A stretch of DNA of 64,000 bases from Octopus vulgaris (GCA_951406725.2 OX597817.1:101246001-101310000); one strand, 5' to 3'; counted from the stretch's first letter, positions 12,538-27,212 are shown. Notes: generated by a model not told the origin, from the sequence alone. A program made the numbers and translations.

Positions 12538-13389
12538 TGTCGATCAAGTAGTGTGGAGCGACTGACCTCCCTTGTTCGAAGGTTATATGGATACAGTTTG
12601 TGTATCAAATAGCTAACTTAAGGCGATGGCCTCATGGAGCTAATAAGCGGACAGCTTTATTCTTATTTTTATAAGAATGCCATATTAGTATGGCGATAAC
12701 TATAAATGTAAATCGTATCGCAGCATTTCTTTGGTGCAATTTTGAATCAATGCTGCCTTTTCTGATCTAATGCACTAAGTCTATGTCTAACGAACACATC
12801 TTACACATAATCTTCCAGCTACACCGAGCATAGTTGTGATTAAATTTTCATCCCTGTCCAGCCTGGATTGAATTTCTTACCGGCTTTTCTTTGGGAAGGA
12901 TTTACCAACGCTAATCTCTGTTTAATTGCTGCAGAGGATTCACCAATTGTTCTATTACATGGTATGTCTAAAATAGTTTGACTTCAGCTGTACTTACAAA
13001 GTGATAGGTCATACATTAAAAATCGGTTTAAACCAATAATAACAGTAATTATTTTTGTTACATCCTTCGAAATAATTCAACTTACAGCTGTTCATCAAGA
13101 AAATTAGCCTTGTCTGTCTGTCTGACTGGTAGGGAGGTGTCTTCGAAAACATTGGGTACAGACAAAAATAAAAATTAAAGATTTAAAAGATTAGCAAGCT
13201 GCAGTTCAACCAAACAGACGAGCCGTAGAAGAACGGGTGGGACAAACGGTGATCATATAGCTCACCGTCAAGGAAACGCTACAGGTAACATAGCATCAGC
13301 GAATGTCTTGCGAATCAGCAGAAGAGTACGCGCTCCAGAAAGCAGAAGAGTACGCGCTCCAGAGGGTCAGACGTGAACTGGAGCAATGC

Positions 13390-14600
13390 ATGACAGTCAA
13401 ACGATAATATATGACGGACGCGATGTATGCATTCGCCACACTGCCCGACCTTTCAGGGATAGCTTTCTCTCGGCCACTTTGCTCATCACCTCGTCCCAGT
13501 TCTTTTCCACCTGAAGATCTGGGCCAATCCAGACCCCGAGCAATTTAACCAGTCCACTGTTCCACGACGTTGTTGGTCGGCATGGACTTGCCTCTCCAGG
13601 TGCCGAGTTGCAGGCCTACTGACTTTCCTGGGTTAATTTTTGCTTCTGTCACCGTCTCCTATTCTTTTAGAGCTGTGTCGACCAGTTTTATTTGCCTAGT
13701 GTTCGACATTCTGACTGTGACGTCGTCTGTGTATGTTGACACGGTTCTCCCTCATCTTAGTTTGCGTGGGATGCCTCTCAACGCCTCCAATTTCCGCAAC
13801 AGTGATTCTAGAGCCAGTACATACAGAACAGACACACTGACGAGCAGAGTGCATGATGCAAAATAGTTCTAACAGGTAACTATTCACCCGAACTACCGAG
13901 CAGATGTCATTGTAAATTGCAACGATTCAGCCAAAGAAAACGGGACCGAAACCGGCAGGCGTGACAACGACCTCCAAGTACTGGTGGTCAATCCTATCGA
14001 AGGATTTATATTGGTCCAAATTGATTAGGGTCGCACTCATACAAGCTTCTTTACCCACCCTGTTTATGATGTATCGCATGAGACAGAGGTTGTCGGGAAT
14101 GGATCTGCTCGGGAAGGTGGATGTTTGTACATCACCGATCACTTACCTGACGATAACTCTTTCCTAACACCTTGACCTAAATTTTCAAATCTGAGTTGAG
14201 CAAAGTTATGGGCTTAGAATTTTCTATTTTACCCACCTTGTTTGGGCCCTTTCTCAGCAGGTCATAGGCATACCGTCCAAACCAGGCGATTCTCCCCACC
14301 CAAATTTCGTGCAACCCATCATCGCATCCTGTGTTTCCATGGCTGTAATCGGCATTTCGCAACGCCCCGCTCCCCTTATCAAGAGTCTTGGTAGGCCGTC
14401 GTGATAGACACTGAAGTCCATCCTGCGTTCCGGGGTGCAATTCGTCCCAAAGAGTTGGACGAAATGCTGCTGAAATGCCGCTCACATCAAGTTGGACTCG
14501 AGTACCGTGCATCCATTTTGGTCCACCACAGACCGAATTTGTTGCCACGTTGCGTCTTTACCACTCCGTTCTCTCTTTTCTTTGAGTTCGCGCCTTAGCT
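13390..14600 (-). mobile_element. L1/Tx1-clade LINE RT fragment (pseudogenised)
   Basis: KPITLLNSDLKI, INLDQYKSFDRIDHQYL, YTDDV and KLLGVWIG motifs in shifting frames. Confidence 0.85.
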
Positions 14601-14850
14601 CTCTCAATGCATCCTTCGTTAATTATGTAATATTTCAAAAGTTACAGATGTTCTTAAATCAACACAATTATTTCAGTTCGCGATTTAATGCACCCTACAA
14701 TAAATATGTGGAATCCGATTCAACTAATAAAGTAATTATAATTCTGTTCTTTCCCTTTGTGAAATGCTTCTCATTCCACTTGAGTCGATAGACTGTACAA
14801 CATTATGATATGATAATAAATCAACAATATAGTTATCCTAAAGACTTCTG

Positions 14851-15136
14851 CTGATCTAAGGGAAGTAATTCTTACATGTATAATGAACAGTAATTTACCG
14901 TGTCATTAACATTTGCCACAGCCAGTCTGTTTCAGAGTTGATTCATTGCAATGCTGTCAATTGTTAATTTCTATTAATCTTATACAGAACGTTCAATAAC
15001 GACGAATCAAATAAGTGCCTGGAAATGGCGAACAGTTATCTTCTGTAGTATTGAGCCTGTCGAATCAATAATGATGGCGTCTGTTATACTTTATGCCTAT
15101 GATTCTCAAGTCAATTCTGAGTCTATGCTTGAATAA
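14851..15136. repeat. Right arm of the long inverted repeat (partner 9165-9646)
   Basis: Direct by-eye alignment. Confidence 0.9.
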
Positions 15137-15924
15137 TGATTATTCAAAACTAAATATATCAGTGTCTTAGCTATACTATGTTATATATCGCTATCATTTC
15201 TTACTTGAATCAACGAAATTTATTGAATCGACTCCAGTATATTACTGGACCCCAGGAGGAACAGAAGACAAAGTCAACAATTATATTTAGATTTGAACTC
15301 CCAAGTGATATGAAAGCATATCATCCAACGTTTTGAAGTTTAACATCTCTATTGGCCTTTATGTCAGAATTAATAACGATTTAAAAAAGATAAATAAGTA
15401 AACTAATTACAAATTGAGTAGGGGGACGATTGATATTATGTAGCATTTGTAATATTCTTTAGGGCATTATTGGTGAGGTGGGTTTCAATGAGAATTTGTA
15501 CATGATTCGCAGACACAATTTTCTGGTAAGGTACCATTTGGTCTACGACGCAATAACAACGCCGCTATGAATAAAGGCTATGACGACGACGACGACAACG
15601 ACAATAACAATGACAAGAATAATTATTATTACTAGCTGGACCCGTGAAAAATTGACTGAAAACATTAAAAATGTAAACCGATAGGTGTTGTTGACAAACA
15701 ACAGCAGTAATTTTATTCAGCTGAATACACGTCATTGATTGGTTGAAATTACCGAAATACGACAACTTAAACACGAAATAATTTCGTAAATAGAAACTTT
15801 CCTCAAAAACACTAAGAGTAAAAGATGTTTTATATGACACATTCTACCAGTGTCCGAAGTTTGAAAGTGCTTAGTAACAACAAATTAATTTCTCGATCTG
15901 CCGTTCAAAGGGAAAAGATCCACT

Positions 15925-16141
15925 ATTTCTACTACTGGCACAAGGCCTGAAATTTTATGGGTGGGTGGAGCTTGTCGACTACATCATCAACTCCAGTGCA
16001 CAACTGGCACTTATTTTATCGATCCCGAAAGGATGAAAAGCAAAGACGATCTCGGCGGAATATGAACTCAGAATGTAAAGACAGACGGAAAGCCACTAAG
16101 CAATTTACCCGGCGTGCTAACGATTCTGCCAGCTGGCCGCC
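15925..16141 (-). mobile_element. tRNA-derived SINE (family A)
   Basis: Reverse complement of the family A head and core. Confidence 0.85.
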
Positions 16142-16143
16142 TG

Positions 16144-16661
<518 letters not shown>

Positions 16662-19204
16662 ACGGTTTTGATTCAGTAATAGAGCAGTTAAAACAGTGGA
16701 TCATGGCAGAAAGCCAGAAGATCAGAAGATTTTTGAACAGAAATAAGCAGTTGGAGGAGTTCAAAAGTAACCCGTAGCAATTCTTCCGATCGTTAGAAGG
16801 AGACAATGGAGAAAATGTTGCTCCTGATGCAAATCAAGCCAAGAAGTTCTGGAGCAGATTAAGGGGAAACAATGTAGTGATAAAAGGGATGCAATGTGGA
16901 TAGGAACTATCAAGACATAATTACAAGGAGAAAAGAGGCAAAGGAATATTGTCATAAGCACAGCTGACGTGAAAGAACAAGTGTGTAAATTTCCTAACTG
17001 TAAAGCCTCGAACCAGATGGGATTCATGGCTTTTAGCTGAAGAGGTGCCACACAGTGCATAAAAAACTAGCAGCCCAATTGAATGAGTATGTCCAGAAAG
17101 GTAAAGTCCTCGTGTGGATGGTGACTGGGAGGACAACACTTATAATGAAAGATACAAGAAAGGGGAATATTGTGGGAAAGTACCGTCCCGTAGCATGCTT
17201 AAACATAATCTGGAAGATACAAACTGGATTATGTGCGGCAAAGACATATACATTCTTGGAACAAGAAAATATTACCAAGGGAACAAAAAGGAGGTAGAAA
17301 GAGTTCTCAGAGTACCAAGGATCACCTGGTCATCGATTAACCAGTTTTGAGGCATTGTAAAAAACATCATACAAACATGTCTATAGCTTGGATTGACTTT
17401 AAGAAGGCATATGATATGATGCCTCATTCTTGGATCGTTGAATGCCTGCAGATGTTTGGTGTAGCTGACAATATCACAAATTTTCTGATGCATTGCATGG
17501 AAGAGTGGAAAACCAATTTGTACAAAAGTAAATTATTCCTTGGAGAAGTTAATATTAAAAGAGGCATCTGCCAAGGTGACTCGTTTTCTCCGTTACTTTT
17601 TGTAATTGCGCTAATACCCATAACAATGACACTTAGGAAAGTTAAGATGGGTTACCGATGTAGGAAGAAAGGCCCATCATTGAACTATCTTCTGTTTATG
17701 GATGATCTGAAATTGTTTGGGAAATCTGAAAAACAGTCCAGAAGTGTGGTAGGGACATCGGTATAGAATTTGAGATTACCATATGCTCAGTATTAATATG
17801 ATAAGAAGGAAGAAAGCAACCAGCAGAAGATTACTGTTACCATTAGGAGAGACTATGGGTAAACTCGACGGTAGTGGGTATAGATACTTAGAGATTTGGG
17901 AGCTGGATGACATTCTACACAGATAAATGAAAGTCAAGGTCAGCGAGGCGTATAAAAAAAGGGTGAAGATGATGTTGAAATCCAACCTGGATGCCAAATA
18001 GTTAATTACCGCAATGAATGTCTGGACAGTTGCGGTGCTCAGATATAGTGCGTCCATTCTCAAATGGACTAAGGAGGAAATATCAACACTGGATAGAAGG
18101 GCGAGAAAGTTGATGACGGTGCATGGGGCGCTACACCCCAAAGCAAGCGTAAACAGACTGCATATGAAAAGAAAGAATGGTGGCAGAGGACAAATTTGTA
18201 TAGACCATTCTATAAGGAGTGAAAGGAGAATGCTTGCCGAGTATTTGATAAATAGTGATGAAGACCTGCTGCAATATGCCGCAAAAGATATGGTTGTAAG
18301 TACAGATGAAATGATGGGCAAGGAAGAGTATAATCAAAGAGTTGAGGAGATGAGAAAAGAAGACCTTCTTGAAATGAAAATGCATGGACAATGTGAAAGG
18401 AATACACAAGACGTTAAGGATAATACAGCATCGTGGGAATGGCTTGAGTAAGGTAATTTGAAGTGTACCACCGAAAGCGTGATCATTGCTGCACAAGACA
18501 AGGCTCTCGCTACCAATTCAGTGAAGTATAACATCTATAAAACTTCTGGCACTCAGAAATGCAGACACTGTGGAAAGAGTATAGAAAATGTGACCCACCT
18601 GCTAAGTGGATGTGAGAGCCTTGCACAAAAATAATATAAGCGCCGCTACGATAAAGTGTGTGTGTATCTTCATTGGTTCTTATGCTGTAAATACCAATAT
18701 AATGTAACAGAGGACTGGTATGTGCATGTACCAAGTAAGTTATGCAGGAGGTTGGAAAAGTAACGATACTATGGGACTATGATTTTCAAACGGATCGTGT
18801 AATCGAACACTGTCAGCCGGATATTGTCATATTGAATAAGAGAGACAAATACTGTGAGATTATTGATGTAGCCATATCAAATAACATGAATGTTGTGAGT
18901 AAAGGGGTTGAAAAATCACCAAGAACTCCGAATCGAAAGTGGAAATGGCAAGACTATGGAATGCGAGGGGGTAATGTAAAAAGGATACCAGTGGTGATCG
19001 GAGCGTTGGGCTCAATCCCACTGAAACTTCAATATATCTTAAGGCAACTGGAAATCTCATACAAGAGTGATGTCTTGCAAAAAGCAGCCTTTTTGGGCGC
19101 AGCGCACATCTTAAGGAAAGTATTATCTGTCTGAGGTCCTTGCTGTGACTTGATAGATGACTAAAGACTCCGGTGCATTTTTACCTACATTGTGTTACGA
19201 AGGG

Positions 19205-19205
<1 letters not shown>
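16662..19205 (+). mobile_element. R4/Dong-like RLE LINE, 5'-truncated and degenerate
   Basis: YRPVACLNIIWK, WIDFKKAYD, GICQGDSFSPLLF, FMDDLKLF, CRHC..H..C zinc knuckle, QPDIV..IIDVAI endonuclease. Flanked by (AAT)n. Confidence 0.92.
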
Positions 19206-20208
<1,003 letters not shown>

Positions 20209-20310
20209 AATAATAATAATAATAAATGCTCTGATGTAGTACCAGGCAGTGGCTCTCATGGCTTTTTATCTTAACTGATTGTTATCATTTACATTGTTTT
20301 GTCTTGGTTA

Positions 20311-22360
20311 TGCTAAAGATTCTGCCAGCCCAAAACAGGAAAAGCAGGGAACTATAAAATCTATAAAATCAAAACACTTATAAACTTTCCTGAGACTAAT
20401 GAACTGTTGAAATAGCGTATACAGTTGAAAACCCAACGGCTTAGAAAGTATGAATAAAATTTTATCGTCAAAAGAATATATGCAAGACAGATGCAAAAAC
20501 GTTTTATAGGGAAATTGGCAAAAGTAAGATAGAAGTAAACAAGCTACTTAAGATTGAGGAAGTGAAAGATTTCTGGCAGAAGATATGGGGCAAGGAAAAA
20601 AGTATTGATTGAACGTGAGAAAGAGCGACTGAATGAAGTTGAAGAACAGAAATGGGAGACAATAGAATAGAAGAGCTAAGGTGTGTTTTTAGAAAGTCTC
20701 ATAAATGGAAAACCAGAGGAATAGAACGGATCCCCAACTTCTAGGTGAATTGTTTGATAGAAGTACACGAAAATCTTGCTCTATCTCTAACTGGTATTGG
20801 CGAGTTGGCAGAATCGTTAGCACGCCGGGGGAAATGCGTAGCCGTATTTCGTCTGCCGTTACGTTCTGAGTTCAAATTCCGCCGAGGTCGACTTTGCCTT
20901 TCATCCTTTCGGGCTTTTTAAAATAAGTACAAGTTACGCACTGGGGTCGATATAATCGACTTAATCTGTTTGTCTGTCCTTGTTTGTCCCCTCTGTGTTT
21001 AGCCCCTTGTGGGTAGTAAAGAAATAGGTATTATTCAGAACCGTGATCAAATACTTGCTTAGTTGACTGAAGGAACTACCTACTTACTACTAAAATCTGA
21101 AGACATAAAACCTTGAAGAATTACCGATAAATAACATGTCTCAACACCAGTTATAATATGCTTACATCCATAATAACTGAAAGAATATACGCTCTCCTTG
21201 AACAGAACGCTATCCTTCCACAAGGCCAAAAAGACTGAAAAAGAAATTATTATGGGTGCAAAGATTAATTCCCCATAAATAGAATGGTTTTAGAGAATTC
21301 CCGGCGCAAAAAGAATAACCTGAGCACTGCATGAATAGACTACAGGAAAGCGTTCGGTAATGTCCCACTTAAATGAATACTCAAGGCCCTTGAGATATAC
21401 AAGATCTCACCTGTCGTCTCCAAATTCTTACAAAATAGCACGGCCAAGTGGAACATACGTCTCTTCTAAACCATAGTAATGAGATGAGCCAGTTCAACAG
21501 CATCAACATCAAACGAGGTATCATTGAAGGTGACACCCTCTCCCTAATACCTTTTTGCATGCTTCTGATCCCACTCTCAAATGAATTGGATAACACCGGA
21601 TATGCGTACAAAATTCTTAACAAAGTAATGAATAATCTTTTTTTCATGAACGATCTGAAGCTGTTTACACGGAATGACCCAGAACTAGAAGGGCTGCTAA
21701 TAATTGTTAAAGAGTTTCGCAATGACATTGGGATGGATTTGAGCTTCCACAGATGTACTAAAGTAAAACTCAGATAAATCGCGTCTATTAAATAAGATAT
21801 TGACACTACCATCTGGAAACTTATCGACAACAAAACTTATAAATACCTGGGAATAAATAAAGGAGATGACCATACTTTATGGCACTATAAAAGAAAACAT
21901 AAGAAAGGAGTACTATAGGAGAATAGGATTTGTACTGTAGACTGAGCTCAACTCAAAAAATCGCATCGAAGCCATTAACACTATCCTACGTAAAGCCAAC
22001 GCACGGAGAGGAAACAAAATTGTCATCTAAGAACATGCTAACCGACTGTACCTATCTAGAAGCAGTAGGGGAAGAGAAATTATGCACTTGGAACTCTGCT
22101 CTACTGTAAGAATGAACAGGTACCTATCTAGAATAGAGGACTGAATGCTGCGACTTGCGTACGAACATGGTAGCAGTATAAATTGCATTGTATTGTCAAG
22201 GAAGCTTGCAAATTCTTAGCGTTAACCCTGAATTAAATGAAGAACCTGATACCACTGTTACTAAGCAAGAAAAACGAATCAACTAGACTACAAAAACGAA
22301 CGGACAGAAACAAACTTAGTAGCGATTGAGCCAAAGCACCCTGCACGGACAATGAGTATT
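20311..22360 (+). mobile_element. Heavily decayed RLE LINE RT region, interrupted by a SINE
   Basis: INIKRGIIEGDTLSLIPFC and FMNDLKLF, with many stop codons. Confidence 0.8.
20799..21026 (+). mobile_element. Full-length tRNA-derived SINE (family A)
   Basis: A- and B-box head plus core. GGTATT occurs on both sides (possible TSD). Confidence 0.88.
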
Positions 22361-22947
22361 CAGTTGTTCGATCGTTAAATTAAAGAGGATGAGTGACAGT
22401 ATTTCACAGATATGCACCTTTAACATAACTCAGAGATCAAATGAAAGAGAAACAATATAGAACGAAGAATTTGAATTACAATTACAATCCATTATGCGGA
22501 TTTCCAAACACGTTCCTCCTATCTATGTGCCCAGGAACAGGGCTCACAGTTGTGTGTATGCGGAGGAGGAACGCACATTCTTAAAATGTTTGTGGGGTGC
22601 AAAATCAAATTTGCATCACCAGACACTTATAGCAGGTTTATAAATTAGTGCTGAAAAAGTGATCTGTAACAAACTTGAATTTTTCTTTTCTCAGAACAAG
22701 AGTGAAGAACAAAAATAAATACAAGAAAACCCATTTGACTAAGCTTGTCATGAAATTCACAAAGGAGTTCCCGAGAAAGATTTATTAGTGAACAAAAGCA
22801 GCATCAACACCAAATTAAAAGAATACACACGCACACGCACACATACGCACACACATATATATACATGCATACATATATATATGTATATATATACATACAT
22901 ATATATATATATATATACCTATACCTATATATATGTATATATATACA

Positions 22948-22992
<45 letters not shown>

Positions 22993-22998
<6 letters not shown>

Positions 22999-23552
22999 AA
23001 TGTGAGGATAAAATTCTTTTCGAAAAAAAAATTTTCTCGAAAAAATTTTTATCAATGGCCAGCATATTAAAAAATACCTTTGACGGTTAAATTTATAAAC
23101 AATTCATAAATGAGGGCAAAGCAAAAAATTTCTAATGCCAAATATGCCGAAGAATTGGACATATTGTCCATTAACCATATAATGTTTTCACAATACGCAC
23201 GCTACTCGAAAAAAGGTCGACAGAAATTTCTAAAAAATTCCCTTATTACCATATCGGACCGATTTCAGAGTTAGCTACTAAGAGCCCTCTCTTCGTCAAT
23301 GATACATGTGGCAAAAGAAATAAATGAGATACTTACTCGTACCCATGGAAGAAGCAAACACTAAGTCACGGGCACAACTAAGTACCCCAAATACATCCAA
23401 AATAGAAATACTCCAGCCCATTCGAGGCACGTGCGATTTGAACTGAGAATCTCACAGAGTGAGTTAGTTAGTTCGGAAGTGAACGCTTAAATTTATATCA
23501 AATGTGAGGATAAAATTCTTTTCGAAAAAAAATATTTTCTCGAAAAAAATTT

Positions 23553-23555
<3 letters not shown>
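22993..23555 (-). mobile_element. ~502-bp monomer plus ~58-bp direct terminal repeat in (TA)n, containing a degenerate HHR
   Basis: CAAATGTGAGGATAAAATTCTTTTCG at 22997 and 23499. HHR-like motif at 23251-23305. Confidence 0.7.
23251..23305 (-). ncRNA. Degenerate type I hammerhead motif (U3.G8)
   Basis: Minus strand reads GTATCA TTGACGA AGAG..18 nt..CTCT GAAA TCGG TC CGATAT. Confidence 0.5.
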
Positions 23556-23606
<51 letters not shown>

Positions 23607-23610
<4 letters not shown>

Positions 23611-24177
23611 CAACAATTGAGGGTAAAATTAATTAATTATTAATCAATTTCACCAAGTATTCAGTATGCAAAGGGACCATTTAAGGCGAATTCAAATTAT
23701 TACATTATATAAAAGGGCTTAGTAAAATAAATTACTTTGCCACATACTGAACTCATTAGAAATAGTAGCTAAAAAAACTCAGATGTTTTTTTCGGCTGAT
23801 GAGTACGGGTCACGTGTATTTGCTGCAATATTTGCAGCCTTAATAAAGGTAGTCTTCGTACGAAACAATTGTACCAAAATAGTAGCCAGTTTGCTGGCAC
23901 TGTTAGTTTCGAGCAGATCTTCAGAAGCGATAAGAAGCCGAAAGGGTATGCTCCCACTTTCAGTGTTTTCAAATCCAAACCAAGGAGTTCTGAGCTGATG
24001 ATAGAAATGTCGAGTTGACTAATCTAGAAACGTACGTTCTCAAATAACCTTTGCATTTGATTTTTTAATGTCTTTACCCCCATACTTTCGTGAGTTGAAT
24101 TGAGCAAACACTATATGAGAGAGATTTTCTTTAAGTATTAGAAATAGTTTTAAAAAAGTTTTATTACTAAGCCCTTT

Positions 24178-24185
<8 letters not shown>
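23607..24185 (+). mobile_element. HHR-bearing Penelope-like terminal element with a short inverted end
   Basis: ATTATATAAAAGGGCTTAGTAA (~23704) is inverted at ~24164-24185. HHR at 23790. Flanked by (TA)n. Confidence 0.65.
23790..23879 (+). ncRNA. Type I hammerhead ribozyme with canonical core and extended stem II
   Basis: TTTCGG CTGATGA GTACG..49 nt..CGTAC GAAA CAATTG TA CCAAAA. Confidence 0.8.
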
Positions 24186-24240
<55 letters not shown>

Positions 24241-24242
<2 letters not shown>

Positions 24243-24980
24243 AGGTCTGATAAATAAGTATCTGGATTGTTGCTATAGTAACGAAGCTAAAGCACGCAGT
24301 GTAAAGCTGCTTGGCAAAATTAACCTTGAACTCTGCTGTACATGCGCACTAAGTGTTAACGTCGCATTGACCATGACAGAGAAAGTTGTCTTGGTGATAC
24401 CTGCTCAGAGGCTCACACAAAGATCCAGAAAGAGTATAGAGAGGAGTGTATGAGCCTCATACAAGTGTACGAGTGGTTCAGATGTTTTCAAGATGGCCGA
24501 AAACTGTCGATATTAACGTACATTCTGGGAGACCTGCAACCAGCAGAACTGAGAAAATCATCGCAGATGTGCGTGCAGCTGTGAAAGGAAATCGCCGAAT
24601 TACCACACGTTAGTTATCGGAGGATGTAATAATTAGTTACGCCAAAACTGCTATCAGCTGACCAAGAAGACACTAGGGTTTCAGTTGTACAAGATCTCCT
24701 TGATTGTGTTGAGAACGATGAAAACTCTTTGAAAATTTTGAGTAGGCTTCTGAGCAGGCATCGCCAAGCTTTTGGCCCAATTTGATGCAGATTCTCTGCT
24801 CAACTTTCTGTCATGGTCAGTTTGACGATCACACGTTAAACGCCTTCCTTCCAAGCACTGCTGTAAATAGCAGAAGTAAGTTAGAACGTTAAAACATTGT
24901 GTAGCTGCATAACAGAGTTCAAGGTCAATCTGTGCCAAGCGGCGTTACTCTGCGTGCTTTAGCTTCGTACTATGGCAATA
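24241..24980 (+). mobile_element. Mariner deletion derivative with long (~110-bp) imperfect inverted ends
   Basis: TTGCTATAGTAACGAAGCTAAAGCACGCAG is inverted near 24951-24979. Internal QVYEWFRCFQDGR remnant. Confidence 0.75.
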
Positions 24981-25003
24981 TGTTTTGAGAACTCAGATGT
25001 TTT

Positions 25004-25093
25004 TTTCGGCTGATGAGTACGGGTCACGTGTATTTGCTGCAATATTTGCAGCCTTAATAAAGGTAGTCTTCGTACGAAACAATTGTACCAAAA
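25004..25093 (+). ncRNA. Type I hammerhead ribozyme (duplicate of 23790-23879)
   Basis: Identical sequence 1214 bp downstream. Confidence 0.8.
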
Positions 25094-25241
25094 TATTGAT
25101 CCATTTTTGTTGCTTTTTTCTTGTTTATAATCATCCCGCATTATCTTAAGGTTAATACCATATAGATTTCTGGTGCATCTAAGTTAAGTACCGCATTCAT
25201 TTGAATTCAACAGAACTCCCTTGAATCTTAACTGCTTTTAC

Positions 25242-25299
<58 letters not shown>

Positions 25300-25400
25300 A
25301 AATAGAAAGATGAATAATCTTGTAGTAGATTAATCAAACGATTTCTGTTCAATCTGCGTTCAGATTGAACAATAATATATATATATATATATATATTCAC

Positions 25401-25431
<31 letters not shown>

Positions 25432-25456
25432 GCATACATAAATACATACACATACA

Positions 25457-25510
<54 letters not shown>

Positions 25511-25511
<1 letters not shown>

Positions 25512-25672
25512 GACGGGCTTCTTTCAGTTTCCGTCAAACAAATACACTCACAAGGCTTTGGTCGGCCCCAAGCAATATTAGAAGACACATGCCCAAAGTT
25601 CCACGTAGTGGGACTGAACCCAGAACCATGTGATTGGGAAGCAAGCTTCTTACCACACAGCCATGCCTGCAC
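25511..25672 (-). mobile_element. tRNA-derived SINE (family B)
   Basis: GGCTGTGTGGTAAGAAG..GGGTTCAGTCCCAC head on the minus strand. Related copies at ~30250-30360, ~31680-31800 and ~49165-49295. Confidence 0.8.
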
Positions 25673-25745
25673 CTGAAATTGATAGTCAGCGTTAATTTTC
25701 GAATCTTATTGGATTCTCATCACAGGTGTCTGCATCAATTTGGCC

Positions 25746-25821
<76 letters not shown>

Positions 25822-25896
25822 TATACATGTATGTATGTATGCTTGTATATATACACATGTGCGTATGTGTTTGTGTGTGTGGTGTGCGTGCGTGTG

Positions 25897-25950
<54 letters not shown>

Positions 25951-25952
<2 letters not shown>

Positions 25953-27212
25953 GGGGTTGGACAAAATAATAGAACCACCTTAAAATTTCAAACAAATTTA
26001 TTTAAATATGGGGTAGGACTACCTTTGGCAGTAATTATAGCTTGAATTCTACGATGTATGGACTCGTACAAAGTTTGAATTGCTTCCAAAGGAATGTTTG
26101 TCCATTCTTCAGCTAAAACAGTCTCCAGTTCTTGTAGTGGCGATGGTGGAGAATATCGACTCCTTACTTGTTTTCCTAAAATGCACCGTAAGTTTTCAAT
26201 AATACTGAGATCTGGGGTCTGTGGTGGCCAAATAAGATGCTCAACTTTTCTAGAATGTTCCTTGTGCCATTCAGTAACAACTTTAGCCGTTTGAATTGGT
26301 GCATTATCATCCTGAAAGATTGCGTTTCCCTCCGGAAACAGTTCCGCAACCATAGGATGAACTTGATCAGATAAAAAGCTTAAATAGTTTTGACTATTAA
26401 TTCTGCCATGAAGAGAAATCATTGGGCCGGCAGATTTCCAAGATATAGACCCCCACCCAGATCCTCATAGATCCTCCTCCATGTTTAACAGTTGGAAGAA
26501 GGCAATCTGGGTCAAATGCTTCTTTTGGCAGTCTCCACGCGTATACTCGGTCGGTGGTCGGAAATAAGGTAAAAGATGGCTCGTCCGATAAAATAACATT
26601 CTTCCACTGCTCTAGGGACCAATTCTGTACGTTTTTACTCCACTCTAAACGCTTTGCAACGTTCGTTCTTGTAAGTAGTGGTTTTCTGATTGCAGCCTTC
26701 CTGTGAAATCCAGCTTTGCGCAGCTCCTGGCGAACAGTTTCTTTGGAAACTGGGTTCTCGAGGTGGTCATTAAGCTCTGCAGTAATTTTGGGAGCTGTAT
26801 CTTTGTTATCCTTTCTAACACTTCGCGCAAGAGTCCGACGGTCCCTATCTGAAAGGTTTGGTAATCTTCCGGAGTTTTGTTTCGATGAGGAGGTTTTTTC
26901 CTCTTTCTCAAAGGCTGTCATTATTTTCGAGACTACTTCTTGATATACTAAACATTTCGGCTGTTTTCGTTACGCTAGCGCCTGCCATACAAGCACCAAC
27001 GATTTGACAGTCCGATAGTTCTATCATTTTAATGAATTTTAATTACCTATTCTGATGATATTTGAAAAGAAACAGCAATTTTATAAAAACATATTAAGCA
27101 ACACTAATAATAAATAAAAAAGCATAAAAATAAACAGGCTTTTGACGATTTTATAGAAATTTTAAAATATGATGCTATGATGGTAGGTGTTTCCATTATT
27201 TTTCCAACCCCC

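Larger units (their letters stand above)
11741..12714 (+). mobile_element. Retrozyme-like / Penelope-derived non-autonomous element: ~99-bp inverted head plus ~2.4 tandem 362-bp monomers, flanked by a 12-bp TSD
   Basis: Monomers start at 11847, 12209 and 12571. 11751-11849 is the reverse complement of 11949-12047. TAAATGTAAATC occurs at 11741-11752 and 12703-12714. Confidence 0.9.

Noticed and set aside
11847-12703. CRISPR-like array
   Set aside because: The units are full 362-bp tandem duplicates with no unique spacers, the context is eukaryotic, and there are no cas genes.
13317-13363. Small tandem duplications (21-bp period here; also ~41352-41392 and ~54320-54404)
   Set aside because: Local slippage with no further structure.
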